Shown piece by piece: positions 28,886 through 43,414 of a stretch of 64,000 bases of DNA; position 1 is the stretch's first letter; each line of letters starts with the position of its first letter. The translations under genes and the position numbers were made by a program. This DNA comes from Eledone cirrhosa (Eukaryota), in assembly GCA_964016885.1 (NCBI GenBank), contig OZ024761.1:24242001-24306000 (forward strand), in the 5' to 3' direction. Below the pieces are notes generated by a model. The model saw nothing but the letters and a program-made list of their open reading frames with translations, was not told the DNA's origin and searched no databases.

Positions 28886-29737
28886 GTTTGGTTCCAGAAC
28901 CGCCGAGCAAAATGGCGGAAAAGTGAAAGATTTGCTCAACAACAACAGCACCCTAATCAATCACAATCACATCTTCAACAACAACAACAACAACAACAAC
29001 AGCAGCAAGACGATCAGAAATCGATGAGGTCCGAAGAGCACCTAAGTACAGAAGGAGAAGTTCTCCTGGCCAAGGACAAAGACGTCCTCACCAATGTTAC
29101 CATGACCGACCTCCACAGCGACGACGAGGCTGAAACACGTCACTTAGAGCGACAACGTCATTTGTCACCTAGCAACAACCAGCACCAACAGCACCAATCG
29201 GATTGCATTACGCTGAAAGAGGAAATGACCGACGCACTTTTGACTGTAGACATAGATGGCGTTGCTGCACACCCTCTTAATATGGACAGCTCGGAAAAGG
29301 AATCGGCAACCTCGTTTTCGTCGGTGATGGTGCATGATGGCGACGACGACGAGGATGATGATGATGATTCATCGTACGCGAGTGAGACACTTATCCTTCA
29401 ACACAACAACAGCAGCAACAACAAAACAACCACCACCGCCACCACCAACAACAACAGCAGCAGCAACAGCAACAACAACAACAACAACAGTAACAACACT
29501 AAGGACCTGAGTATGGCTTTAAAGAATTCAGTTGCGATTCGTCGCCCGACTGCGTCACCTTTAAACGTTGATGCCGTCATAGAGGAAGTGACAGCTGCGC
29601 ATGTCATGTCTGGCTACAGTGGCGCCGCTCTAGCTGCAAGTGCCATAGCAGAAAAATACATTCAGGATTACCACGACTGCAAGAAATTCTCTACAACCGG
29701 AGTTAACAACAATAGCATCAACAGTACTGAGAACAGC

Positions 29738-29775
<38 letters not shown>

Positions 29776-30441
29776 TAATAATAATAGTAGTAGTAATAAT
29801 ACTAACAGTATAAACAACAACAATACTAACAGCAACAACACTAATACTAACAATAACAACCATAACAGCAATAATAATAATAGTAACATTACTAGCAATA
29901 GCAACAACTGTAATAATTTTAATTTGTCGTCTTCATCTTCGTCGTCTTCTTCCTCTTCTCTTTCGTCGTCTTCTTCCTCTACCTCCTCCTCTTCCTCATC
30001 CTCTTCATCGTCCGCGGCCACACATCACTTGACGTCACCAGAAAAAATTGGGCTTCCGTCAGCGATAACGGTGAACAACTCGGCCGGCACCGCTGTGGCT
30101 CTGGCTAGCTCCACCAACACACTAGATTCCGATCGTTCGCCAAGCCAATCCCCGGCACATGATTCCGAATTGGTAAAAACGGAAGGCAGCAGTGGTGGAC
30201 GTCTGACAGTCAGTAAAATTGGCGCCGGAACTTTGGCAGGGAACGTGCGCACTGCAGCGGAAATGACGGTGCGTGCTAACACCACACAAGCATCTACTTA
30301 TCAACAGCTATTTGGAGAGAAATCTTTAGCTGCTACGGCCGGAACTGGTTCCACGGGCTTCCCCCCAATGATACAGTCTATGTTCACAGATCTCGGCGCC
30401 GTCGGCCAGACGTCACGGCCATTCTTCTCATTTTTGGATGG
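28886..30441 (+). CDS. Drgx: Drgx large exon: end of homeodomain (VWFQNRRAKWRKSER, Q50) plus long polyQ/D/N/S linker
   Basis: Acceptor ttttaatgcag|GTTTGG. Open for 1556 nt (ORF 28823..30445). Donor GG|gtaagc, phase 2, matches the next exon. Confidence 0.92.
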
Positions 30442-30707
30442 GTAAGCAAAATGGCGGTGGATAACGTCATTTTATTTTTCATTTTTTTTCATTTTTTTTC
30501 ATTTTTTTTCATTTTTTTTCATTTCACTTGTAAAGTTGTGATAGCTAAGATGAATATGTACTTATGATTTCAGATGAATGAAACAGTTCTTGTCCTGTAG
30601 AAGGCATTACTGTATGAAATATATATATATAACTTCTCAATCAGTATATTTGAGTAATTTAAAATTTACTCAACTGCTATTCCTTTCCGTTCCTCTTCGG
30701 AAAACCA

Positions 30708-30776
<69 letters not shown>

Positions 30777-30777
<1 letters not shown>

Positions 30778-30968
30778 AAGAGATTTATTCGGTTCTTACG
30801 TACGTTTCAATAGACATCAATTTGCCTAGATCTCGCTACATCTATAATATTATATATTTAGTAGAGCATTCGATATCCAATGCACAATCGATCCCATATC
30901 ATCAGAGATTATGTTTCAAGGCAAATTGATGTCTATTGAAACGTACGTAAGAACCGAATAAATCTCTT
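30777..30968. repeat. Inverted repeat, ~50-bp arms, ~90-bp spacer
   Basis: aaagagatttattcggttcttacgtacgtttcaatagacatcaatttgcc and its reverse complement at about 30919-30968. Confidence 0.9.
30794..30908 (-). ncRNA. Hammerhead ribozyme candidate inside an inverted-repeat element
   Basis: Minus strand: UCU CUGAUGA UAUGGGAUC...GAUGUCUAUU GAAAC GUAC GUA| AGA. Only a 3-bp stem I. Palindromic ACGUACGU. Confidence 0.55.
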
Positions 30969-31144
30969 TTACTGCATCTTTCTGTTCTTTTTAATTCTTT
31001 ATACACGCCCCGGAATATAGCTAAACTGGAATATACACCTTTTTTTCTGCATTTCGTTGAGCACCACTCTGTTGTAAGCTGACATTCCACTACACGGTAC
31101 ATAACACTGTGTCCTGGAAAACATTAATGCACTCGTGCATAACC

Positions 31145-31204
<60 letters not shown>

Positions 31205-31206
31205 TT

Positions 31207-31400
31207 GAAAAGAGTCACCACCCCGACGGCTGAGCTCCGGCTGTTTTGATAGCTAAATCCGAACAGTTCGGATCTAGCTGTCGAAATGGCTGGAGCTCAG
31301 CCGTCGGGGTGCTAACCCTTTTTCCTATTACCCACTCTACTACCCTAAGTATCGAGTACTCTGGTAGTCCACCTGGTATCTTACCACACCCTCTTTGTTC
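31207..31400 (+). mobile_element. Family A hairpin element, diverged copy 3
   Basis: caccccgacggctgagctcc...ggagctcagccgtcggggtg, then cctattacccactctactaccctaagtatcgagtactctggt. Confidence 0.75.
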
Positions 31401-31536
31401 ATATATACATACATACATATATATATACATATATATATATATATACATTTGTATGTATATATAACAAAAGAGTAAAAAAGAAAAAAAACTGTCACACATC
31501 TTTCTATCTATATACGCATCTCTCTCTCTCTCTCTG

Positions 31537-31593
<57 letters not shown>

Positions 31594-31753
31594 CTATCTA
31601 TAAAAAATTTGTTAAATACACACACACGACTCAAAATGAAATCCCCGTATATAAGTGTATTTATGTGTATGTAGGTGTATATGTAAAAGTGTGTATGGCT
31701 GTGTATATATATATATATATGTATATATATATGTATATATATACATATATATG

Positions 31754-31850
<97 letters not shown>

Positions 31851-31922
31851 TATGTTGACAAAAATCTTTATTTGTAACACACTTTCTATAATTCTTTTGT
31901 CTGTGTATCTTTTATCAAATAG

Positions 31923-32005
31923 AAACGTATACAAATCATGCTTCGAGAATTTCATGGCTCCTCGACAGTTTTTCCACCAGTTACCCTCACATCCTGCTCT
32001 CAAAG
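31923..32005 (+). CDS. Drgx: Drgx small internal exon
   Basis: tcttttatcaaatag|A...AAAG|gtacgt. 83 nt (1+81+1) = (G)[27 protein letters not shown](G). It exactly bridges the phase-2 donor at 30441 and the phase-1 acceptor at 33926. Confidence 0.82.
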
Positions 32006-32294
32006 GTACGTAAAGCTAGTGCACTTTATACTCACCCTCACCTAAACAACTCCAACCTCTTGCCCTCAAATGTACGTAATATAAATCAAAATGGCCACTT
32101 AGATATATAAGCAATCCACTGCTTATAGGCACAGGTCAAATGAGACGACCTTCATATAGCGTCCCACTTGAGATCTTCATGGAGTCGTAAGGGCATTGTA
32201 ATGATATGTCTTGGGCTTTTTAAATAAGGGGAACCCCATTCTTGCCCATGTCCAAATCATCCGGCTGGATCCGCAATCAGGACCAGCGAAGCAC

Positions 32295-32715
32295 ATAGAT
32301 GTTTATCCAACCATCTTGCTCGGGGTGGGTCTCCTGCATGTTGGTTTTGCCTATAACATCTGTCCAGAGATTATTTCCTGAGACATTCTAACCACATGTC
32401 AAGGGTATCAGGGCTGTGATCTCTCAATTCGTAGAAGTAGCGGCTCAACTTGGAGTGACTCCAATAATTATTTCCTGAGACATTCTAACCACATGTCAAG
32501 GGTATCAGGGCTGTGATCTCTCAATTTGTAGAAGTAGCGGCTCAACTTGGAGTGACTCCAATAATTATTTCCTGAGACATTCTAACCACATGCACATAGT
32601 ATCGGAGCTGTGATCTCTCAATTTGGAGAAGTAGCAGCTCTAGCTGGAGGGACTCTCTGATCTCCAAGCGACAAATCTGTCTAACGATTCTTTCCTGAGA
32701 CATTCTAACCACATA
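32295..32715 (-). mobile_element. RTE-derived fragment, tandemly repeated (~100 bp x3-4)
   Basis: tttcctgagacattctaaccacat occurs four times. Same family as 2847 and 28296. Confidence 0.75.
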
Positions 32716-33114
32716 AATTATAATCTGCTATTTCAATATGTTTATTATTTGGGCTATATTTTTAAATCTGTGAAAATGTGATTATTGTTCTAAAATTTAC
32801 CATTTATCTCGCAGCTTCCAGGAAACCATATTTCATTTGCGTATTATTAGATATAAATAGAAGTAGAGAAACGTAAATTGTAATGTAATCACATGAAAAA
32901 CTAAACACACTCCACCGTACATCAACATGTATTCCACAAACATACACACCTCAAGACACACAAACATAGACACACAGATAAATACATAGGGTGAATCGTA
33001 TACATATATATAATATATATGTGATATATGTATATAATATGTATAATATATATATATTTATTAAAATAACAGATTAAAGTTTAAGCAATTTTATTATTAT
33101 TATTATTATTACTA

Positions 33115-33155
<41 letters not shown>

Positions 33156-33261
33156 TGTATATAATATATATAATATATTTTCCTACTCTTTCAAGTGTTA
33201 AACTAATATATTTCTTCACTCTACTGTGACGTTTGCTTTGTTATTTCTATTTGCCGTTTGC

Positions 33262-33317
<56 letters not shown>

Positions 33318-33347
33318 TAAAAAAAAAATATATATATATATTTTTTA

Positions 33348-33391
<44 letters not shown>

Positions 33392-33552
33392 AGAACAAAA
33401 GATGGCTAAAAGAGTTCCATGTATTTTATTATGCGCATTTAACCATCTTTTGTTCTAATCTATTATGTATACTCCAGTCCTACAAACTGTAGAGTGCTTC
33501 TTATCCGATATCTGCATTGCTTTATTGTACTACAATAAAACTCACCTCCTAC

Positions 33553-33585
<33 letters not shown>

Positions 33586-33621
33586 TAAAAAATATATATA
33601 TATATATATTTTTTTATGATA

Positions 33622-33652
<31 letters not shown>

Positions 33653-33739
33653 TGATATATATATATATATTTTTTTTTTTATTATATATATATATATATA
33701 TTTTTTTTAATGATATATATATATATATTTTTTTTTTTA

Positions 33740-33784
<45 letters not shown>

Positions 33785-33847
33785 TGATATATATATATAT
33801 ATATATTTTTTTTTTTTAATGATATATATATATATATATTTTTTTTT

Positions 33848-33886
<39 letters not shown>

Positions 33887-33925
33887 GGTGTAAACAATCA
33901 TATATTCTTTGGTTTTTCATTGCAG

Positions 33926-34110
33926 GATGCCTACCACTGTGTGCATGCTGTACACCCAGGAATTCAGCGGGCCCTAGTGTGTTTGCTGCACATGAGCAGA
34001 GGACCACGAGTGTAGCGGAACTTCGTCGGCGGGCGAGGGAACATTCAGAGGCTCTTGCAGCCAGTGCCCTTCCTGATAGGGGTAGCTTAAGTTCCCAAGT
34101 TACTTTGTAA
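33926..34110 (+). CDS. Drgx: Drgx terminal coding exon with OAR motif
   Basis: tttttcattgcag|GA. Translates (G)CLPLCACCTPRNSAGPSVFAAHEQRTTSVAELRRRAREHSEALAASALPDRGSLSSQVTL*. RTTSVAELRRRAREH is an OAR/aristaless motif. TAA at 34108-34110. Confidence 0.92.
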
Positions 34111-34213
34111 CACGATTAACACACACACTCACACACACACAAACACACACACACACACACATGTTTATATGTGCATACATGGACGTAGCTGTGTGTAGAT
34201 GCTAATATATATA

Positions 34214-34260
<47 letters not shown>

Positions 34261-34364
34261 GTGTGTATATGTATATGTTTCCATAGATAAATATAATTTA
34301 TCTAAATATAATGTACACATACATATATATAAGTCTATATATATACATGTCTATATATATATAT

Positions 34365-34562
34365 ATAGGAAAAAGTTTAACCCCGACGGCAGAGCTCAAG
34401 CCCTTTCGACGGCTATTTCTGGACAGTCCAGAAATAGCCGTCGAAACTGCTTGAGCTCTGCCATCGGGGTTAAACTTTTTCCTATTACCCACTCGACTAC
34501 CCTAAGTATTGAGTACTCTGGTGCATTATGTACCATCTGGTTCCTTACCACACTTTCTTCAT
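34365..34562 (+). mobile_element. Family A hairpin element, copy 4 (about 250 nt after the Drgx stop)
   Basis: ataggaaaaagtttaaccccgacgg...ccatcggggttaaactttttcctat plus the shared tail. Confidence 0.85.
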
Positions 34563-34617
34563 TATATATATATATATATATATATGTGTATATATATATA
34601 TATATATATACATACAC

Positions 34618-34651
<34 letters not shown>

Positions 34652-34676
34652 TATCTCGGGAATTTTACCTACCCTA

Positions 34677-34872
34677 TCATCATCATCATCATCATCAACG
34701 TTTAACGTCCGTGTTCCACGCTTGCATGGGTTTGGACGGGGGTAGTCCCACTTGAGGCAAGAGTGATTGTCTTGCTCGCATAGGACTGTCTGGCAGGTTT
34801 TCTACAGTTGGATGCCCTTCCTAACACCAACCACATTTACAGTGTGGGTCTGGGAGGTTTTTACCGTGTTGC
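34677..34872 (-). mobile_element. Third SINE-like family, copy 2
   Basis: Reverse complement of 44100-44300. Confidence 0.72.
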
Positions 34873-35115
34873 CTACACGGCCACATTACAGCGTGGACTG
34901 TGTGTTTTTTTGTCGTGACACCTACACGATCTCATTTGTTTCGGCCTGGATGGCGCGGCACCAACATAACTTTACATAGAACGGGGTGGTGTGGATGGGG
35001 TGGGGGTGGCGGCGGGAGGGGTGTATTTTGTTAGAGATGCCTACTGGCAAGGCGGGTCTTCTCTGTTACTGAGTACCGCCAAAGGTCACGGTCCAGTGAC
35101 ATACACACATATTAC

Positions 35116-35211
<96 letters not shown>

Positions 35212-35347
35212 TATACATATGTATATATATATATATATATATATTTTATTTTTGAGATTCGAAACCGATTCGGTAAAGGTAACTATAGTAAGTAAAGTCA
35301 ATTTTTTAAAATTTATTTTGAAACTTTTTCATTATTTGCTAAACCTG

Positions 35348-35380
<33 letters not shown>

Positions 35381-35382
<2 letters not shown>

Positions 35383-35509
35383 CTATATAGTAATATGTGT
35401 GTGTGTGTGTATATATATATCTATATAGTAATATGTGTGTGTGTATATATATATCTTTTACTCTTTTACCTGTTCCAGCCATCCGGCTGAGACCATGCTG
35501 GGGCACCGC

Positions 35510-35553
<44 letters not shown>

Positions 35554-35679
35554 GCGGTGCCCCACCATGGTCTCAGCCGGATGGCTGGAACAGGTAAAAG
35601 AGTAAAAGATATATATATACACACACACACACATATTACTATATAGATATATATATACACACACACACACACATATTAC

Positions 35680-35685
<6 letters not shown>
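35381..35685. repeat. Palindrome centred on a (TA)n tract, arms include a SINE-like end
   Basis: tcttttactcttttacctgttccagccatccggctgagaccatgctggggcaccgccct-(TA)n-reverse complement, extended by mirrored microsatellite blocks. Confidence 0.88.
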
Positions 35686-35711
<26 letters not shown>

Positions 35712-35716
35712 TATTA

Positions 35717-35756
<40 letters not shown>

Positions 35757-37029
35757 GTCAGATGTGCTGGCAGTGATTGCCTAGATGATGATGATTATGT
35801 CGATGATGATGTATGACGAAACACATGACACATCTTTAAATGTACACACACACACACACACACACTACACCCCCACACACAACATATATACACACTACAC
35901 TCCCACACACACTGCATCCTCACACCCCCACATATATACACACTACACCCCCCCCCCACCCCACACACACACGCCCACACTAATTCAATTAGATCCTCCA
36001 GACAAAGCTACAGTTATTTTTTATCTTACAGTCTTAAAACCTAACATTGTATATTATACTCCTAGATACACTATATATGACGTAACTAATAGGTGGAATG
36101 GTCATGGATGGAAAGCTTTTGATTTCAATATCTTACCACTCACAGTTGACCTGGGCTTAAACAACAACAACAACAACAACAATATTTTGTAGTGGAATGC
36201 TTATCTTTGAATATAGTTTGTTAAACTAGGCAAACTGTCCTTTCTTTCTTTCTCTCTTTTTCTTTCTTTCTTCTTTTTCTTTCTTTCTTTCTTTTTTTCT
36301 TTCTTTCTTTCTTTCTTTTTTTTCTTTCTTTCTTTCTTTTTTTCTTTTCTTTTTTTCTTTCTTTCTTTCTTTCTTTTCTTTTTTTTTCTTTTTTTCTTTC
36401 TTTATTCTTTCTTTCTTTCTTTCTTTCTTTTTTCTTTTTTCCTTTCTTTCTTTCTTTCTTTCTTTCTCAACAACCCTCTCTCTACTCCCTCCTCTTTCTC
36501 TGTCTCTCCTCATCCCTCCCCCCTCTCTCCCAACAACACCTTTCTCTCCCTCTCTTTCTCTCTCTCTTGACAACCCTCTCTCTAATCCCTCCTCTTTCTC
36601 TCTCAACAAGACCTTTCTCTCTCTCTCCTCATCCCCCTCTCTCTCTCTACAAGACCTTTCTCTCGCACTCCTCATCCCCTCTCTCTCTCAACAAGACCTT
36701 TCTCTCTCAACAACCCTCTCTCTAATCCCTCCTCTTTCTCTCTCTTTCTCTGTCTCTCCTCATCCCTCCCCCTCTCTCTCCCAACAAGACCTTTCTCTCC
36801 CTCTCTTTCTATTTCTCTCTCAACAAGACATTTCTATGTCTCTCCCCACCTCCCTCCTCTCTTCCCTTCTCTCTGTCGCCCTCTCTCTCTACTTTTCTCT
36901 CCATCTCTCTCTCTCTGACACTTTATTTTAATGATTACTCCTCTCTCTCCCCATCTCTCCCTCTCTACCTCCTCTCTCTCTCCCTCCTCTCTCTCTCACC
37001 CTCTTATTTCACCCCTCATTCTCCCTGGA

Positions 37030-37910
37030 CAACAACGATAACGACGATGACGACGAAAACAACGACAATGATGATAACAACGCCGACAAAAACGATGATG
37101 ATAACAATGATAATGACGATGATGATATAATAACGATGAAAACGACTATGATAATGACGATGAAAACGACGATGATAATGACGATGAAAACGACGATGAT
37201 AATGACGATGAAAACGAGATGATAATGGCGATGAAAACGACGATCATAATGACGATGAAAACGAGATGATAATGGCGATGAAAACGACGATCATAATGAC
37301 GATGAAAACGAGATGATAATGGCGATGAAAACGACGATCATAATGACGATGAAAACGTCAATGAAAAGGACGATGATAATGGCGATGAAAACGACGATTA
37401 AAACGACGATCATAATGACGATGAAAACGACGATGACAACGACGATGATAACGACGATGATAATGACGATGATAACGACGATGATAACGACGATGATAAC
37501 GGCGATGATAACGACGATGATAACGACGATGATAATGACGATGATAATGACGATGATAACGACCATGATAACGACGATGATAACGGCGATGATAACGGCG
37601 ATGATAACGACGATGATAACGACGATGATAATGACGATGATAATGACGATGATAACGACCATGATAACGACGATGATAACGGCGATGATAACGGCGATGA
37701 TAACGACGATGATAAAGACGATGATAACGACGATGATAATGACGATGATAACGACGATGATAACGACGATGATAATGATGACGAGGATGACAATGAAAAT
37801 GGTGATGACGATCACGATGAGGTTTATGATGACGACGATAATAACGATGAAAACGACGATGATAATGGTGATGACGACAATGATGACGACGATGATGATG
37901 ATGATAATGG
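37030..37910. repeat. (GAY/AAY)-based 12-bp minisatellite
   Basis: gacgatgataac variants. Confidence 0.9.
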
Positions 37911-38965
37911 CGCTGACATTATTTTGGGGGGTTTGTTTTGCAAGACAAATAAATCCAGATTTAACTTAGCGACAGAAATTTCTGTTTTTTTATATTCTTA
38001 TTTAATTAAAACATATATTTTCTCCTTGTTTTTGTTCTGGTTGTTGATGTTGTTGTTGTTGTTGTAGTTGTTACTGTAGCTGTTGTTGTTGTTGTTGTTG
38101 TTGTAGTTGTTGCTGTTGTTGTTGTTGTTGTTGTTGCTGTTGTAGTTGTTACTACACCATTCCTTTTTGTCGATTTACCGTCTTAAAGTTCCAGAACGTT
38201 AGAGTTTTAAAATTATCCTCGAGTTTCCGAAAATTGATTTCTTAAGAGGTTATAAAAATATATGAAAAACAAAATGGAGGGGAGAAAAAGAAGCAACAAA
38301 ATAAAAACAAACACATACACAAAATAATACAAAAACAAATAAGAAACCAAAGAAATTAACAAATAAAAACCGTATAAAACACACACACACCCATACACAC
38401 ACATATATATATATACACACTCACACACATATGTATGTGTGTGTATATATATATATATTTAATCAAATGTTAAATATTTACATATAAAAATAATCTTTCA
38501 AAAATGTTAAACCATAAAAAATATTTTATATGGCTTAGTTTCGTTTTTTTTTTCTAGAATGCACATACACAGATGCACATACACACATACACACATACAC
38601 ATACACAGATTCACACATACACATTCTCTCTTTCTCATACACATAGGTACACACTCGCGAATACACACAGACATACTATGTATATATATAACGTGTGCGC
38701 ATACATATGTATACACACACACATACACACATATATACATACGTTTATGTATATATATATATACACATACGTATTTATATACATATATATATACATACGT
38801 ATATACATATATTTACATATATTTACATACATATATACATATATTTACATATATATATGCATACTTATATATATACATATATATATATACATACGTATGT
38901 ATATATATATATATATGTACACGTATGTATAGATAAATATATATATATATATGAGTGTATGTGTG

Positions 38966-38996
<31 letters not shown>

Positions 38997-39172
38997 GAGT
39001 GTGTGTGTGTGTGTACACAGCTGAAGAAGCGGAGTACAAGACACATCTACATAAGTGAATGTTTGTTTTTCTCTCAAAATATAAAGAATAAAACAAAAAC
39101 GAAAAAACAACTCAACAACATTATATCATCATGTGACATACTGTCAACAGATTTGACTGAAGAAAATACCAT

Positions 39173-39206
<34 letters not shown>

Positions 39207-39263
39207 CACACATATAATTACATAGATATATACATACAGAGACACATATATGTAAATAATATA

Positions 39264-39314
<51 letters not shown>

Positions 39315-39429
39315 TTAATATAAAAAATGGCTTCTTGCAGAACCCATTTCTATAATAAACATGATGTTTTCACTCTTCTAATGTATTGAGTACCTTACTA
39401 ACTCTGGTTACCCCCCGATTGAACACGGG

Positions 39430-39533
<104 letters not shown>

Positions 39534-39570
39534 GTATGTGTGCGTATATATATATATATATAAATATATA

Positions 39571-39618
<48 letters not shown>

Positions 39619-40200
39619 AGTATCTGAAATGGAACATTGAAATATATGCGAAATGCATCAACGATACACAGATTGCTACCAAAACCAAACACAAAAACAC
39701 AAATGGAAAACGAAATTTTTATTTTTTTGCTGGCTGGACTAAAGTTTCGTTACCAAAAGTCATGTGACCAAACAAGATGTTTTTAATTGTTGGAAACATT
39801 GGAAAACTACATAAAAAAAGATTTGTTCGGGTTGTGGTTTTTTTTTTTTTTTTTTTTTTTTTTCGAATTAAAATATTCTGTTGTTGGCTGAAAGATGTAT
39901 TGACATACATAATTATATACATAAAATAATTAATATATATATTAATTAATACAAATTTAAATGAATTATTATTAATTAATTAATTGATAATGATAAAACG
40001 ATGCGAAAAAAAAAATGCGGTGAAATTTCCAAAAGCTGTACAGTGCCGGATTAAATGTCTTCCGGATTCTGTAGTTCTGTTTCCCCCCCTGTTTCTCACC
40101 TTCTGATAATAAAGAAAAAAACAAAACAAAACAAAACAAAGAAAATATATAATTAAAATAAAAACTAAAAATGAATAAATTCCATCATCACCGGCTGAGT

Positions 40201-40443
40201 TTATGGTTGCCTATGGTTGCCTTTGGTTGCCTAAGATTACCTTAGGATGTCTATGGTTGCCTATGGTGTCCTATGTTTATCTATGGTTGCCTTTGGTGGC
40301 CCATGTTTGCCTTTGGTTGTCTATGGTTGCCTAAGATTGCCTTTGGGTGCCTAAGATTGCCTTTGGTAGTCTATGGTTGCCCATGGTTGCATTTGGTTGC
40401 CTCTGAATGTCTATGGATGCCTATAAAATTGCCTATGATTGCC
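40201..40443. repeat. 10-bp degenerate tandem repeat
   Basis: ctatggttgc/ctttggttgc/ctaagattgc in register. Confidence 0.88.
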
Positions 40444-40775
40444 GGTAGTTGCTGGAGAGTGTTTCTGGTATTGGTGTTGGGAGGGTGGTTGAGGTGGGGT
40501 TTTAACTATGCCTTTCATCCCCCCTCCCCCTCGGTCCCTATAAAATTTACAATTAAAAAAGTAAATAAATAAAACAAAATATTTATAAAAACTATCTATA
40601 TATGTATCAATAATGTTTTGGATGGGAAGAATTGAAACTGATTCGATTCCGTTCAGTTCAATATAATCGATACAATACAAAACAAAAACTTGGCCTTGCA
40701 TTCTAAGTAAAAAAAAAAAAAATGAAATAAAAATATCAATTAAAAAGTAAAAAAAAAATAGTAAAAGACAGAAAT

Positions 40776-40980
40776 GATGAGTCAATATATTGATAGGAGC
40801 AGTGCTGTGGATTGTCAGAATCGGTGGAGCACCGAACTAGATGAGAAGAGTCAATATATGGATAGGAGCAGTGTTGTGGGTTGTGAGAATCGGTGGAGCA
40901 CCGAGCAAGGCGAGGAGAGTCATATTGTTAGGAGCAGTGCTGTGGATTGTGAGAATCGGTGGAGCACCGAACTAGATGAC
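40776..40980. repeat. ~69-bp tandem repeat x3
   Basis: taggagcagtgctgtggattgtcagaatcggtggagcaccga x3. Confidence 0.88.
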
Positions 40981-41185
40981 TTTCAAAAGTGTATTTAGTT
41001 TCATTAAGGGGCCATACGTTACGTTCTTATCCCAAACTCTTCCCCCCAAATGAAGTAAGGCGGCGGGAAGTGAGGGTCTTTAAGTATATACACACACATA
41101 CATATATATATGTATACATACACATATACATATATATATATACACATATATATATATACACATATATACATATATATATATACAC

Positions 41186-41216
<31 letters not shown>

Positions 41217-41418
41217 CACATATACATACATATATATACATACATATACATACATATTTATATATATACACATATAAATATATATATATACATATATATA
41301 TACATATATCAATATATATACATGTATATATATATATTTATATATGTATATATATATATTTATATATGTGTATATATATAAATATGTATGTATACGTGTG
41401 TGTATATATATATATGTA

Positions 41419-41474
<56 letters not shown>

Positions 41475-43414
41475 CACATATACATACATATATATATATA
41501 CACACACGTATACATACATATTTATATATATACACATATAAATATATATATATACATATATATATACATATATAAATATATATACATACATATACATACG
41601 TATATATACATATATATAAATATATACATATATATAAATATATACATATATAAATATATATACATATATATATATACATACGTATATATACATGTATAAA
41701 TATATATATATTTATACATATATAAACATATATACATACATATATATATATGTACATTCATATATACATACATATATATATATACATACATTCACATATA
41801 CATACATATATATATACATACATACATACATATATATATACACACATACATATATATATATATACATACATCTACACATATATATATATATAACATTGCC
41901 TTTAAAAGATTGAATTCGATTTAAAATAAATAAATAAACAATTATATAAATTAATTAAAATATATCATTAAATAAATGACTACCAGTAATATACTGTGGG
42001 TGTTCGATTGGTAGAAACTGATCGATTTCTCCCCCTATTGAACGATTGGTTTCTGTGTCGATTGAAATGGCAATATATGAAAACATTCTTTTTTTAATCG
42101 AAAATTAATAACACCCCTTCTCCCCACGAAATTTAATAACACCCCCCAGTCCCCACAAAATTTAATACCCCCTCCCTCCCCAGAAAACTCGAAAAAAATT
42201 ATGATAATAAAAATAAAAATTATAAAAATGAAAATAAATTATTAAAAAAAAATAATAAAAATGATATTGTTTTCAAAACTATTGATAATAATAATAATGA
42301 GGATAAATCTAAATTTATTCAATAAAATGATTCCCCCCCTCCCTCCCCGTTCCTCTTCCCTGCTCCACCCCAACCTCCCCCCACTCTGTATCCATATATG
42401 GTCTTTTAAAAACATATGAACAAAAAAAAAACAAAAAACAAAAAAAAACTTTTAGAACTTGTCCTACTGTTGTGATGGTGATGGTGATGATATTGGTGAT
42501 GGTGATGATGGTGATGGTGATGATATTGATAATGATGATGATATTGATGATGGTGATGATGATGGTGATGGTGATGGTGATGATGGTGATGATGATGATG
42601 ACGACTGTCAACTATTAACCCTTGGAACGCCCGGGTGATAACATGATCAGATGTAACAAGATTCTAAAAACAAAAGAGAAAAAATTCAATCAACCAATCA
42701 ACCAAATCAATCAATATCGATCGATAGATCGGTTAACCAATCTATAATTATTTAAAGAAAAATAACAGTTCAATCATTGATTTAGAATCGACCTGAATGT
42801 AAAGAATATGAAGAATATTAATAAACATTTCAAAAAAAGAAAAAAAATTCTTCAATTTGTTTGTTTCTGTTATTGTTGTTGTTGTAATGTTTTTTTGTTT
42901 TTTTTTATTTATTTAATATTTACTCTTGTATTGGTTTATAATAATAATAATTTCTGATTTAAACACGAGACCAGCACACACACACACACTTACATACACA
43001 TACATACATATACATATACACAAACATATATAGTAATTATAATTACAAAGACTAACATCCGAAGAGGGTTTGATAAGGATAATATATATATCATTTATAT
43101 ATAAGTAATAACTCTGGAATTGGGAGATCCTCGGATATGTGTTCTTCCGTGTAGACTTACGTCCAAATGTTGCTCTACAACTACTATATATATATATAAA
43201 ATTAATAAAGTAATGAATAAACAAAGAAACAGTTCCTTATATTAAAAAAATTCATCATTTTACGATCGTTTCTAGGATATATATGTGTTAGTGTTGGTAT
43301 GCATATTCTATAGATCTATGTAAAATATTTATACAAACTATCAGAGGGAATATACCTACCTACACATATATATGCTGTCTTCAGAAATAATGAAATAATA
43401 TATATATATATATA

